Counted from the first letter of the stretch, positions 37,329 to 46,954 are shown. The stretch: 64,000 bases of DNA from Vulcanimicrobiota bacterium (GCA_963743605.1 CAVUQJ010000013.1:38633-102632); one strand, 5' to 3'. Translations and numbers: made by a program. Notes: generated by a model not told the origin, from the letters alone.

Positions 37329-39101
37329 ATGAAACGTGCTTTTGCCGTTGGTCTCAGCACCGCGGCTTTCTTTGCGTTGCCGATGCTGCTACCGGCAATC
37401 GGAAGCGCCGGCTCGGTCTCCCCGAGCGCGGCGGCCGGCGCCCGCGGACAATGGGCAGCCATCGTGCGGAACTTCAGTCATCTGCCGCGCATCCACTATC
37501 GCGGTGAACGTCCGACGCATCGGCGGATCCATTACCGCCATCGCGACGGATTCCTTAGCTATCCGACCCAGGTTCAGCACATCGTCGTCATCTACATGGA
37601 AAACCGCTCGGTCGACAACCTGTTCTCCGGTCTTTACTACACGTCGTATCCGTATCCGGGGGGCACTTGGGGATCGCAGCTGACGCTGTGCCAATTCGAC
37701 AACCCCAGCGGTTGCGCGGGGTACGGCCCGCTCAGCAAGTACGAACTGAACGGCGGCCACACCGCCGGGATCGACCCCGGCCACGGCCATGTCAGCGCGT
37801 TCTGGAACGAAGCCAACGGCAACTGGCCGCTCCAGGTCTTCGGCTGCCCGGACATCAGCGTGGCCGGCTCCTGCGGCGGCAAGGTGTTCGCCTACATCGA
37901 TCCCACCCAGATGGCGAACTATGCGGCGCTCGTAACCGGCGTGAACAACGACGGCGTCTCGAACGGCGAGTTCGCGTCGAACATGCTGCAGTCGAACGAG
38001 GGCCCGAGTTGGGTCGCGCATCAGTATCTCATCTGGGACAGTCCGGCGGCTACGGCGCGAACGATACGGCGCCGCTCGCGCAAGCCGAGAACCCCTCGAC
38101 GGTCAAGGGAGACGACACGGATCCCGCCCCGACGAGCGACTGGAGCACCTCCGGCACCTATGCGGACGAGGAGGTCAGCGACACGCCGATCGTCGGCTGC
38201 GGTTCGGTGCCGAACATGCACCCCGAGCGCGTGCTCAACATGACCTACCCATACACGCAGGCGCGCAACCGCGAGTTCAACCACAAGGACACCTCGTTGA
38301 CGCAGGCCTGCGAAGACTACACGACCTTGCTGGACGAGGTCGCGAACAAGTTCCAGCAGACGCCGGCGGCGGCCAACTTCCAGTACATCTTTCACAATCC
38401 CGACAGCATCTGGGCCGCGCCCCTCGGCGTGCAGCACCTGTACAACAGCTGGCAAGCCGAAGGCGGGACGGCGCACGGTAACCAGGATCCGTCGGGGATC
38501 GAGATCGACCCCGACGCCGAAGGCTTCGTCAACCTGACGCTGACGGGCAAGGGCACATTGCCGTTCGCCCCGCTGACGGTCATCACGCCGTGCATGGACT
38601 CGTCGGACCATCCGAACAAGGACCAGTCCGACGACGGTCCGATGTGGCTGCCGTGGGTCGTCAACGCGATCGGCGAGAGCAAGTACTGGCCGAACACGGT
38701 GATCTTCGTCACTTGGGACGATTGGGGCGGCTGGTTCGACAGTTACAACTATCTCACGAATCTATCGCTCCCGTTCCATCCCTATCCGAATCCCGTATAA
38801 CATCCAACAGGATGCCAACGAATGGGGCTTCCGCGTGCCGTTCATCGTCATCTCGCCGTTCATCAAGCACCCGGCGTACGTCTCGAGCGCGAACAACCTC
38901 GGCTTCGTGCGCAGCCAGGGCGCGATCACGAGCGCGATCGAGAACATCTATGCGCTGCCGACGCTCGGCGGCGACGACCTAACGAATCAAAGCGACAACG
39001 GCGACGTGCTTCAAGACATGTTCAACATGAACTCGTCCGGTGCGGCGCCCCCTTATCATCCCGTTCCAACCGGAAGCTACCAGCCGAGCTGCACCGGTTA
39101 G
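37329..39101 (+). CDS. Secreted phosphoesterase family protein (PLC/acid-phosphatase type, PF04185-like); 2 frame breaks (about 38035 and 38795)
   Basis: MKRAFAVGLSTAAFFALPMLLPAIGSAGS signal; HIVVIYMENRSVDNLFSGLY motif; later TVIFVTWDDWGGWFDS and WGFRVPFIVISPFIKHPAYVSS in shifted frames. Confidence 0.7.
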
Positions 39102-39137
39102 TGCAGTAGCGGTTAGGAGGTGCGTGCGGGTTTCGTG

Positions 39138-40481
39138 TTAGGGCAGGACGCCGAACACGGTCCCGCACCCGCCCCCGCCGCAGCCGCTCGGATCGCCGCC
39201 CGCCGCGGTCGTGCCGATCAGTTCGAGCCCGGCGTGCTGCAGGCCGAGCCACAGGCCGCCGTACGGATGTTCGCCGTCCACGCCGCCGGCGAAGCGATGC
39301 AGGATCGTTTCGACGAAGGTTCCACCGGCCGGCGCGAGCGCGAAGACGGTGCCGTAGCCGGAGCCGCCGGGTCCGCCGCCCTGCAACGTCGTGCCGTAGA
39401 GCGTGCCGCTTGCGTCGGCGACGAGTTCGGCGACGGGAAAGTAACCGTCGGTCGGGTCGCGCTTCTCGGAGAAGTGGTAGATCGTCGATTCGGCGTAGCC
39501 GCTCGACCCGGGCGTCAACGCGAAGACCGTCCCGCAGCCGACGTTGAAGTTGCAGGCGGTGCCGCCCCCCTCGAAGGTCGTTCCGTACAGCGTGCCGCGC
39601 GGACCGGCAAGTACGGCGGCCTGCGGATACGCGCCGTCCGTGCCGCCGCCGAACGCATGGAGCACGTGCTCGGCGTAGCCGGCCTTGGTGCGCACGAGTT
39701 CGAACGCGGTGCCGCAGCCGCCGTTGCATTTCGCGCTGCCGCCGCCGTTGGCCGTCGTGCCGAATACGTCGCCGGCACGGTCGACGATGACGCCGGCCTC
39801 GGGCGCGCTGCCGTCGCCGGCGCCCGCGAACGCGTACAGCACGGTCTCCACGTAGCGGTTCCCGCGACGCGCGATGCGGAAGACCGTTCCGCACCCTCCG
39901 CTGCACGCCGCGGAGCCGCCGTGCTCGGTCGTTCCGTAATAGGTATCATTGGCGCCTGCGGTGAGTCCGCCGAGCGGCGTCACCCCGTCGGCGCCGCCGG
40001 CGAAGCGGTAGACGACCTTGTGTGCGAAGCCGCTCCGGGCCGGCGTCAGCGCGTAGACGGTCCCATAGCCCGCTCCCCCCTCGGACGTTACGCCCAGCAG
40101 CGCGCCCGAGCGGGCGACGGCGAGCTTCCCGTAGGGGCGCCAGCCATCGCCGCCGCCGCCGAAACTGTAGGCGACGCTCTCGGCATAGCCCGCCGGGCCC
40201 GGCGTCAGCGCGTAGATGGCCCCGCAGGTTCCCGAGCACTTCCCGCCGCCCAAGATCGTCGCGCCGAAGAGAACCTCGCGGGGACCCGCGACCAGGGTCC
40301 CTCGGGCATCGGCGGCGTCGGGCGTTCCCTGGAACCGGTAGACGGCGGTCTCACCGGGGGCGTGCGCCGGCCAGGCCGTCGCCGCGGCCACCGGTGGGCT
40401 GGCCAGCAACGGCACGAGCGAGACGAGCCAACGCGCAACGGGCGTGATGGGCCAGTCTGAATCCGGGGGCGCTTGCCGCAT
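39138..40481 (-). CDS. Secreted GloVer-repeat protein (stand-alone copy between the modules)
   Basis: 447 aa. Repeats GTCGAIYAL, GYGTVYAL, GCGTVFRI, GCGTAFEL, GCGTVFAL, GYGTVFAL, GCGTVFGV, with LYGTT/FGTT motifs. Cys-containing variant of the repeat. Confidence 0.75.
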   Translation of the reverse strand: MRQAPPDSDWPITPVARWLVSLVPLLASPPVAAATAWPAHAPGETAVYRFQGTPDAADARGTLVAGPREVLFGATILGGGKCSGTCGAIYALTPGPAGYAESVAYSFGGGGDGWRPYGKLAVARSGALLGVTSEGGAGYGTVYALTPARSGFAHKVVYRFAGGADGVTPLGGLTAGANDTYYGTTEHGGSAACSGGCGTVFRIARRGNRYVETVLYAFAGAGDGSAPEAGVIVDRAGDVFGTTANGGGSAKCNGGCGTAFELVRTKAGYAEHVLHAFGGGTDGAYPQAAVLAGPRGTLYGTTFEGGGTACNFNVGCGTVFALTPGSSGYAESTIYHFSEKRDPTDGYFPVAELVADASGTLYGTTLQGGGPGGSGYGTVFALAPAGGTFVETILHRFAGGVDGEHPYGGLWLGLQHAGLELIGTTAAGGDPSGCGGGGCGTVFGVLP

Positions 40482-40615
40482 GACGTGAGCCTCCGCGATC
40501 TCGTTTGACGCTCCGACCTTGTGGGCGATTTCTACTTGGTGCGCCTTGTCAATCCCCCAGGCTTCTCGTTATGCGCTTATTATCTATCCGACCCAAGCCG
40601 CGTCCGGGGTCACGG

Positions 40616-41587
40616 CTACCATCGTCCAACCGCGAGGCCACCGGCGTATGGCTGATGCAACCACCATACGCCGATGATCTCGCCGCCCGGGTAGTTGCGC
40701 TCGACCACCCGGCCACCGGCCAGATAGTACAAGTGGCCCGGCGCGCCGAAGGCGATATACGAAGGATTCTGTTCCAATGGGATCGTTTGCGAAACGTCCC
40801 AGTTCGGCGGCGACAGGATGGCGATATCGCCCTTTTCCCCTCTGGCGTTCGCGACGACCAGGTTGCCGGCGGCATCGAACGCGAGGCTGCCGGGAAAGCG
40901 CGTCGGCAGCGTGGAGTTGACGCAGTGCGCCCGGTGCGAGTAACGGTGGCCGTACTCGTCGACCTCTCCGCTGCGACGGTGACAACCGGAGGGCCCGCCG
41001 GGGACGTCCACGGTCCCGTTCGCCGGCTCCGGTGACGCGTACGGACGCAGCCCCGACGGCCAGAATTGAAACGATACGAAGAGATCGTTTTGCCCGTCGA
41101 CGGCGACGCCGCTCGCTTCATCGAACTCCTTACGCGACTCGATCGACCGCACCGGCGCGCCACCGGACGCCGCCCACTCGAGGACTGCCCCTTGGGCAAC
41201 GCCGTATACGCGCCCATCCGGGCCGACCGTGACGGTTGTGCTCCAGTTCGCCTGGCCGAATTGGCGGATACGCTTAAAGCCGTGAAGGACGTGACGGTAT
41301 TCGTTGATGAAGCTAGCGCCCGATCCGGTGCTGAAGTCCACGACGTAAAGGTTTTGGTGCGCATCGAGCGCTGGGCCGGCCGTCTCGACGTTTTGGTCGA
41401 CGAACAGGAAGCCCGCGAGTTCGAACGCCGGGTGGCGCCGGTAGATATAGACGCCGTCCGGCCCGGAGATGTAGATGACCTCGTCGCCGCGCCGTAGGCC
41501 CGGCGAAATCCACTGCTGCGGCGCCGCAGGGCGCGGCGCGATCAGCGCAGCCTGCGTGCCGAGGAAGGGGAAAAGCGCTGCGAGCAT
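40616..41587 (-). CDS. Secreted propeller-like protein, module B gene 3
   Basis: 323 aa. QWISPGLRRGDEVIYISGPDGVYIYRRHPAFELAGFLFV...VGPDGRVYGVAQGAVLEWAASGGAPVRSI...AFDAAGNLVVANARGEKGDIAILSPPNW...GGLAVGRW. Intact counterpart of 33802..34741. Confidence 0.65.
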   Translation of the reverse strand: MLAALFPFLGTQAALIAPRPAAPQQWISPGLRRGDEVIYISGPDGVYIYRRHPAFELAGFLFVDQNVETAGPALDAHQNLYVVDFSTGSGASFINEYRHVLHGFKRIRQFGQANWSTTVTVGPDGRVYGVAQGAVLEWAASGGAPVRSIESRKEFDEASGVAVDGQNDLFVSFQFWPSGLRPYASPEPANGTVDVPGGPSGCHRRSGEVDEYGHRYSHRAHCVNSTLPTRFPGSLAFDAAGNLVVANARGEKGDIAILSPPNWDVSQTIPLEQNPSYIAFGAPGHLYYLAGGRVVERNYPGGEIIGVWWLHQPYAGGLAVGRW

Positions 41588-41604
41588 GTGGCCCCCGTTC
41601 GAGT

Positions 41605-42663
41605 TTAGTGAAGCGTGATGCCGAGCGGTCGAGCGAGTTCGGTGGCGCGCCCGTGGATCGAGGCGATCGGCGGCCCCGTGACGTTGCCGGTTGGATTCGG
41701 CGCGTAAACGGTCACCGTGTTTGCGTATTCGTTCGTCACATAGATCGCGCCATTCTGATCGAGCGCGATGCCGTCGGGGAACTGAACCCCGCTGCGAACG
41801 CCACCGATGACCGCCGACGGCGAACCGGTGAAGTCACCTCGGTGCGGCGGGTAGACGGTAACGTACCCGAGGTATCCCTTTGACGGGTTCGCGCTTGTAA
41901 CGTAGGCCTTACCGTCGGCGTCGATTGCCCCGGCGGTTGGTCCGTTCAGTCCGGTCGAACCTCCGCCGATCGTTTCGCGCGGCTTCTCGTCTACGTTGCC
42001 GCGTGGGTTAGGCGGGTAGATCGTGACGTACCCGTGTCCGTAGTTGTTTACGACGACGATCTCCCCATGCGGACCGAGCGCCAGCGACAGCGGGTAGTGG
42101 ACGTTCGCGTTGCTGCCGCTGATCGTCGCGAGCGGGGGCCCGGTGACGTTCCCCCGCGGATTTGGAGCGTAGACGGTTACCGAGGCGAAGTATCCCGCGT
42201 TGTTCGCGACGTAGATCCGGCCGGCGCCGTCGACCGCCACCCCGACCGGGGTGTCGATCCCTGTGCTGCCACCGGCGATGATCGCAATCGGGGGCGTCCG
42301 GATGCGGCCGCGCGGATTGGCCCCGAACACGGTGATCGAGCCTGGGTAATACGCATTCGCGACGTACACTCGATCGGCTCGATCGACCGCGACGCCGTCC
42401 GGTGAGATGATATCGGTGTCCGGTCCCCCGATGGTTGCGAGGGGCGATTGGTCCGGCTTGCCGCCGGCTGCATAGACCGTGATCGCTTGCGTCCGCGGAT
42501 CGGCGACGTACACGTTCGCCCCTGCCGTTGCGGCGGCGAGGAGTCCGTCGATCGGTTGCGAGATCGCAGCCGGGTTTATCGCGGAACCGCCGCAGCCCGC
42601 GCACAACGCGCAGAGAACGAGCGCAGCGGTTCTCAAACGTTGCTGCCTATGCGTGCCGGTCAT
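41605..42663 (-). CDS. NHL-type beta-propeller lipoprotein, module B gene 2
   Basis: MTGTHRQQRLRTAALVLCALCAGCGG lipobox. Blades such as GVAVDGAGRIYVANNAGYFASVTVYAPNPRGNVTGPPLATI. Roughly 55-60% identical by eye to 34752..35786. ATGA overlap with the upstream gene. Confidence 0.7.
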   Translation of the reverse strand: MTGTHRQQRLRTAALVLCALCAGCGGSAINPAAISQPIDGLLAAATAGANVYVADPRTQAITVYAAGGKPDQSPLATIGGPDTDIISPDGVAVDRADRVYVANAYYPGSITVFGANPRGRIRTPPIAIIAGGSTGIDTPVGVAVDGAGRIYVANNAGYFASVTVYAPNPRGNVTGPPLATISGSNANVHYPLSLALGPHGEIVVVNNYGHGYVTIYPPNPRGNVDEKPRETIGGGSTGLNGPTAGAIDADGKAYVTSANPSKGYLGYVTVYPPHRGDFTGSPSAVIGGVRSGVQFPDGIALDQNGAIYVTNEYANTVTVYAPNPTGNVTGPPIASIHGRATELARPLGITLH

Positions 42664-43970
42664 GGAACGATCCGAACGAGCGCGCCGCCGCCCGACGCCC
42701 CGCCCCCGTAGGTCACGCCGTAGAGCGCGCCGTCCGGCCCAAAGGCTAAGCCGCCGTCCGGTCGTTGGCCGTCCGGATAGCCGGTGAAGACGTGGAGGAT
42801 GGCCTCGTGCCATGTCGTTCCCCGGTGTCGCGGCGGAGTCAACACGAACGCGATGCCGTAGGTCGTCGTCCCGCCCGACGCGGCGGTTCCAAATACACGG
42901 CCGCCGGAACCGAGGGTCACCGGAGAGAATGGGTTTTGGCCATCGGGCGAGCCGGTGAAGCTATGCAGGACCGTCTCGGTCCACTGCGTCGAGCTGCCGG
43001 ACGGGGGCACGAGCGCGAACACGGTGCCGAGGTTAGCGGTGCCGCCCGCCTCCGTCGTTCCGTAGAGCTCGCCGTGGCGACCGCGCACTAATGTTCCGTA
43101 CGGCCCGGAGCCGTCGCTCATCGCTTGTCCCATAAAACTGTAGATCGTCGTCTCAGTCCACGACGAGCTGCCGGGCTGCGGCGGCGAAAGTTGGTATATC
43201 GTGCCGCACTCGCAGCCCGCGCCGCCGTCGACGGCGGCTCCGAAGAATCCGCCCGAGCCGTCCGGCAGGAGTCCGGCGAACGGCTGGCAGCCGTCGGCGG
43301 CGCCGGCGAAGTCGTGCAGGATCGTCTCGCGCCAGGGTTTTGTGCTACGGTGCGGCGGCGGCGTCAACCGAAAAGCCATGCCGCAGAACCCGGTGTATGA
43401 CGTGATCGTCGTCCCATACGCCGAGCCGTCGGGACCGACGACGAGCGAGCCGCCGTACGGCTCGATCCCGTCCCCGTCGACGCCGGTGAAGTCGTGAAGG
43501 ACGCGTTCCGTCCAGTAGTACTGACCTTTCGGCGGCGGCAGCAACCGAAACACCGTCCCGTAGCCACTGATTCCTCCCGCCGAGGTCGTGCCGTACAGCG
43601 TACCGTCGGGTCCCGGCGTGAGACCGGCGAGTGGCGTCGCCCCGTCGGCGCGGCTGAAGTCGTCCAAGATGGCTTCGCTCCAGGTGGTCTGGCGGCCGCG
43701 CGGGGGTAGCAGCGCGAACGCGACGCCGTAGCCGATACCGCCCGCACTCGAGGCCCCATAAACGACGCCGTCGCCCGCCACGAACGGCGTCCCAAAGGTT
43801 GCGCTGCCCTGCGGGAGGCTCAGGAGGACCGTCTCTCGGGAGGCCCGGTCGCGCGCGCCGGCGACCCCGAACGCCGATCCGATCAGGGCGCCGGAACAAC
43901 AGATAGCCGCCGTCAGACGAGTCGTCTGAGCGACCGAAGGCTTCGGCGGACGGGAGCGCTGGATGACCAT
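42660..43970 (-). CDS. Secreted GloVer-repeat protein, module B gene 1
   Basis: MVIQRSRPPKPSVAQTTRLTAAICCSGALIGSAFG signal. Repeats GYGTVFRL, GTIYQL, GTVFAL, GIAFVL, GALVRI. ATG 43970 chosen (the ORF extends to 44012). Confidence 0.75.
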   Translation of the reverse strand: MVIQRSRPPKPSVAQTTRLTAAICCSGALIGSAFGVAGARDRASRETVLLSLPQGSATFGTPFVAGDGVVYGASSAGGIGYGVAFALLPPRGRQTTWSEAILDDFSRADGATPLAGLTPGPDGTLYGTTSAGGISGYGTVFRLLPPPKGQYYWTERVLHDFTGVDGDGIEPYGGSLVVGPDGSAYGTTITSYTGFCGMAFRLTPPPHRSTKPWRETILHDFAGAADGCQPFAGLLPDGSGGFFGAAVDGGAGCECGTIYQLSPPQPGSSSWTETTIYSFMGQAMSDGSGPYGTLVRGRHGELYGTTEAGGTANLGTVFALVPPSGSSTQWTETVLHSFTGSPDGQNPFSPVTLGSGGRVFGTAASGGTTTYGIAFVLTPPRHRGTTWHEAILHVFTGYPDGQRPDGGLAFGPDGALYGVTYGGGASGGGALVRIVP

Positions 43971-44109
43971 CTCACCTCGCTCGAACCCAGGCCCGCTTCG
44001 TCCTCTTCGCAAACGAGAGCAAGCCTCCCTTGCGCTTGGCGGACAATGGCCGTCCTCGACAGTCGACGCCGCCGTTCCTCAGCCGGCGACCGGCTTGTTG
44101 CCGCTCAGG

Positions 44110-44153
44110 GGGGACATCTCTGCTTGGCCAGGATGGGGACATCTGTGCTTGGC
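44110..44153 (+). repeat. Tandem 19-nt direct repeat upstream of the rplC promoter
   Basis: GGGGACATCTCTGCTTGGC (44110-44128) and GGGGACATCTGTGCTTGGC (44135-44153): 18 of 19 identical, 25-nt period. Confidence 0.6.
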
Positions 44154-44167
44154 GCCGATACCCGCCT

Positions 44168-44196
44168 TTGACTTTTTCGGCGCGTCCGGGTACTCT
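44168..44196 (+). promoter_or_regulatory. Putative promoter for the rplC-proximal part of the S10 cluster
   Basis: TTGACT (44168-44173), 17 nt, TACTCT (44191-44196). Followed by a ~120-nt leader containing a 9-bp hairpin GGCCGCGAC/GTCGCGGCC (44214-44245). Confidence 0.4.
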
Positions 44197-44318
44197 AGAA
44201 CGGTTGCGGTCCTGGCCGCGACTGCCTTCTTGCGCGGTCGCGGCCGGAACGGTACCACAAACGCCAGGCCCCGAGGTCATGGCGAGCCCCTCCGACGAGA
44301 CGAAAGACCTTCGAACTC

Positions 44319-44972
44319 ATGAAGAACATCATCGGCCGCAAGGTTGGGATGACAAGCGTGTTTACGCCCGACGGACGCTACGTCCCGGTGACGGTCATCG
44401 AAGCGGGTCCCTGCGTCGTCTTGCAGCGCAAGACGGTCGAGAAGGACGGCTACGAGGCGGTCGCCCTGGCGTTCGCCGACGCGAAACGCAATGCCCTGAC
44501 CAAACCACTCGCCGGTCGCTACAAGAAGGCCGGGCTCGCCCAGAAGCGCCACATCCGCGAGTTCCGCGCGGGGATCGAGGGCGTCGAAGCCGGCGCGACG
44601 ATCACCGCCGCCGACTTCGCCGAGGGCGACCGTGTCGACGTGCACGGCATCTCGAAGGGCCACGGGTTCGCCGGCGGCATCAAGCGCTGGAACTTCAGCG
44701 GCGGCGGGCAGACCCACGGGTCGATGATCCATCGCCAGCCTGCCAGCAACGGCGACACCAACGCCGGCCGCACCGTCATCGGCAGCCACCGCCCCGGACA
44801 CTACGGCGTCGATCGCACGACGACGCAGGGGCTCGAGGTCGTGCGCACGGACGCCGAGCGCAACCTGCTGCTCCTGCGCGGCGCGGTCCCCGGCGCGCGC
44901 AACGCGGTCGTGACCGTCACCTTCAGCGTGAAGCAGCCCAAGCCGCGCGCAGCGACGGGGGAGAAGAAGTAG
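44319..44972 (+). CDS. rplC: 50S ribosomal protein L3
   Basis: MKNIIGRKVGMTSVFTPDGRYVPVTVIEAGPCVVLQRKT...GSMIHRQPASNGDTNAGRTVIGSHRPGHYG. Confidence 0.95.
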   Translation: MKNIIGRKVGMTSVFTPDGRYVPVTVIEAGPCVVLQRKTVEKDGYEAVALAFADAKRNALTKPLAGRYKKAGLAQKRHIREFRAGIEGVEAGATITAADFAEGDRVDVHGISKGHGFAGGIKRWNFSGGGQTHGSMIHRQPASNGDTNAGRTVIGSHRPGHYGVDRTTTQGLEVVRTDAERNLLLLRGAVPGARNAVVTVTFSVKQPKPRAATGEKK

Positions 44973-45634
44973 TGCCGACCGTCATCGACCCCCAGGGCGC
45001 AACCCTTCGTCAGGAAGCGGTCCCGGCCGGATTCGCCGTCGTCGACGAGGGCAAACGCAACACGATGTTCCGCGCCGTCTTCCGCGAACTCGCCAATACG
45101 CGCGCCGGGACGGCGTCGACGCTGCGCCGCGACGAGGTCAGGGGCGGCGGCAAGAAGCCATGGAAGCAGAAGGGCACCGGCCGCGCTCGCCAGGGATCGA
45201 CGCGCTCGCCCCAGTGGAGGCACGGCGGCGTCGTGTTCGGGCCGAAGCCGCGCTCGTTCGCCATTTCCCTCAATAAGAAGGAACGGCACGCCGCGATGCG
45301 TGCGGCCCTGAGCGACCGCTTCGCCTGCGACCTCGTGACGATTCTCGCGACCGACGGGTTCGCGATCGACAAGACGGCCGAGTTCGCCAAGTTGCTGTTT
45401 TCGTCGGCGAAGGCGGCCAAGAGCGGTACGCGCACGCTGGTCGTCTACGGCGCCAACGAGCACGCCGCCGTCGGAGAACGGCTGGAGCGCGTCGGGCGCA
45501 ACCTGCAGCGCGTCGCCGTCACCCATACGGGCGCGCTCGACGTCAAGGACGTGCTCGGTTACGGCCGGCTCGTCTTGACCGCGGCCGCGTTCGACGAACT
45601 CGCCGCGGCCTATGCGCCGAAGGCGGCCCGCTGA
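44972..45634 (+). CDS. rplD: 50S ribosomal protein L4
   Basis: GTG 44972 overlaps the L3 stop. VPTVIDPQGATL...GGGKKPWKQKGTGRARQGSTRSPQWRHGGVVFGPKPR. The long upstream extension of ORF 44030..45634 is not coding for L4. Confidence 0.9.
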   Translation: MPTVIDPQGATLRQEAVPAGFAVVDEGKRNTMFRAVFRELANTRAGTASTLRRDEVRGGGKKPWKQKGTGRARQGSTRSPQWRHGGVVFGPKPRSFAISLNKKERHAAMRAALSDRFACDLVTILATDGFAIDKTAEFAKLLFSSAKAAKSGTRTLVVYGANEHAAVGERLERVGRNLQRVAVTHTGALDVKDVLGYGRLVLTAAAFDELAAAYAPKAAR

Positions 45635-45942
45635 TGGAAGCACGCGACGTCATCATCGCCCCGCTCATCACCGAAAAGTCCATGGCCACGACCGCACTGC
45701 ACCAGTACGCGTTCGAGGTGCACCCGCACGCGACCAAGACGCAGATCCGTCAGGCCGTCGAGTCGATCTTCAAGGTGACCGTGATAAAGGTCAACACCGT
45801 CAACGTCGGCGGCAAGGTCAAGAACTTCGCTCGCCGCGGCAAACGCACGTCCGGCAAGCAGGCCGACTGGAAGAAGGCGATCGTCAGCATCAAGGCCGGT
45901 CAGAAGATCGAACTCGGGGGAGTCAACTACTTTGAACACTAG
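45634..45942 (+). CDS. rplW: 50S ribosomal protein L23
   Basis: MEARDVIIAPLITEKSMATTALHQYAFEVHPHATKTQIRQAVESIFKVTVIKVNTVNV. Confidence 0.93.
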   Translation: MEARDVIIAPLITEKSMATTALHQYAFEVHPHATKTQIRQAVESIFKVTVIKVNTVNVGGKVKNFARRGKRTSGKQADWKKAIVSIKAGQKIELGGVNYFEH

Positions 45943-45976
45943 TTCGCTTGCGCCTCGCACGCGGCGGCTTCGTTAC

Positions 45977-46015
45977 TCGTCGCTCATGTGCTATCGCACA
46001 CTTCGCTCCGACGCG
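45977..46015 (+). promoter_or_regulatory. Conserved hairpin motif in the rplW-rplB spacer (copy 2 of 2)
   Basis: CGTCG-ctca-TGTGC-tatc-GCACA-cttcgctc-CGACG. The core 45982-46006 matches 19016-19040 at 22 of 25 positions; the stem differs by a paired A:T to G:C change. Confidence 0.35.
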
Positions 46016-46125
46016 CATGGATGCGCTAGTGTCGCGCGGCGCAGGATGCGCCGAAGCGCGACCTCGTTCCTCGCCGGCGCGCGCGATCCGCACGCGAACG
46101 CCCGACTTCGTGTAGGTATTCGCTA

Positions 46126-46953
46126 GTGCCGATCAAGCGGTTTCGTCCCACGTCGCCCGGTAAGCGCTTCGCGACGGTCATGGACTTCTCGGACCTTTCG
46201 AAAAAGCGTCCCGAGTCGTCGCTGATCGAGGTCAAGAAGAAGCACTCCGGCCGCAACAACAACGGCCACATCACCGTCCGTCACAAGGGCGGCGGCACGC
46301 GCCGGCAGTATCGGATCATCGACTTCAAACGGCGCAAGGACGATATCCCGGCGAAGGTCGCCGCGATCGAGTACGATCCGAACCGCTCCGCGCGGATCGC
46401 GCTGCTCAACTACCGCGACGGCGAGAAGCGCTACATCCTCGCGCCCGCCGGCATGAAGCCCGGCGACATGGTCGAGTCCGGCGAGAAGGCCGACATCAAG
46501 ACCGGCAACGCGTTGCCGCTATCGTCGATCCCGCTCGGCACCGTCATCCATAACATCGAACTGCGACCCGGCGAGGGCGGCAAGCTCGTGCGGTCCGCCG
46601 GCGGCTCGGCGCAATTGATGGCCAAGGAAGGGCAGTACGCGCAGGTGCGCATGCCGTCGGGCGAAGTGCGCCGCATCCTGGTCGAGTGCCGTGCGACGAT
46701 CGGTCAGCTCGGTAACGTCGACCACGAGAACGAGGTGGTCGGCAAGGCCGGCCGCCAGCGCCATCGCGGTAAGCGCCCGACCGTGCGCGGCATCGCGATG
46801 AACCCGGTCGATCATCCGCACGGCGGCGGCGAGGCGCGTTCGACGTCGGGCCGTCCGCCGACGACGCCATGGGGGCAGATGACGATGGGCAAGAAGACGC
46901 GGCGCAACAAGCGCACGACCAAGATGATCGTCCGCAAGCGGAGCGCGAAGTAG
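46126..46953 (+). CDS. rplB: 50S ribosomal protein L2
   Basis: [30 protein letters not shown]...[42 protein letters not shown]. Confidence 0.95.
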   Translation: MPIKRFRPTSPGKRFATVMDFSDLSKKRPESSLIEVKKKHSGRNNNGHITVRHKGGGTRRQYRIIDFKRRKDDIPAKVAAIEYDPNRSARIALLNYRDGEKRYILAPAGMKPGDMVESGEKADIKTGNALPLSSIPLGTVIHNIELRPGEGGKLVRSAGGSAQLMAKEGQYAQVRMPSGEVRRILVECRATIGQLGNVDHENEVVGKAGRQRHRGKRPTVRGIAMNPVDHPHGGGEARSTSGRPPTTPWGQMTMGKKTRRNKRTTKMIVRKRSAK

Positions 46954-46954
46954 C

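Noticed and set aside
44030-44318. Long N-terminal extension of the ORF containing rplD (534 aa), overlapping rplC
   Set aside because: L4 homology starts only at GTG 44972. The upstream part is out of frame with rplC and Arg-rich.
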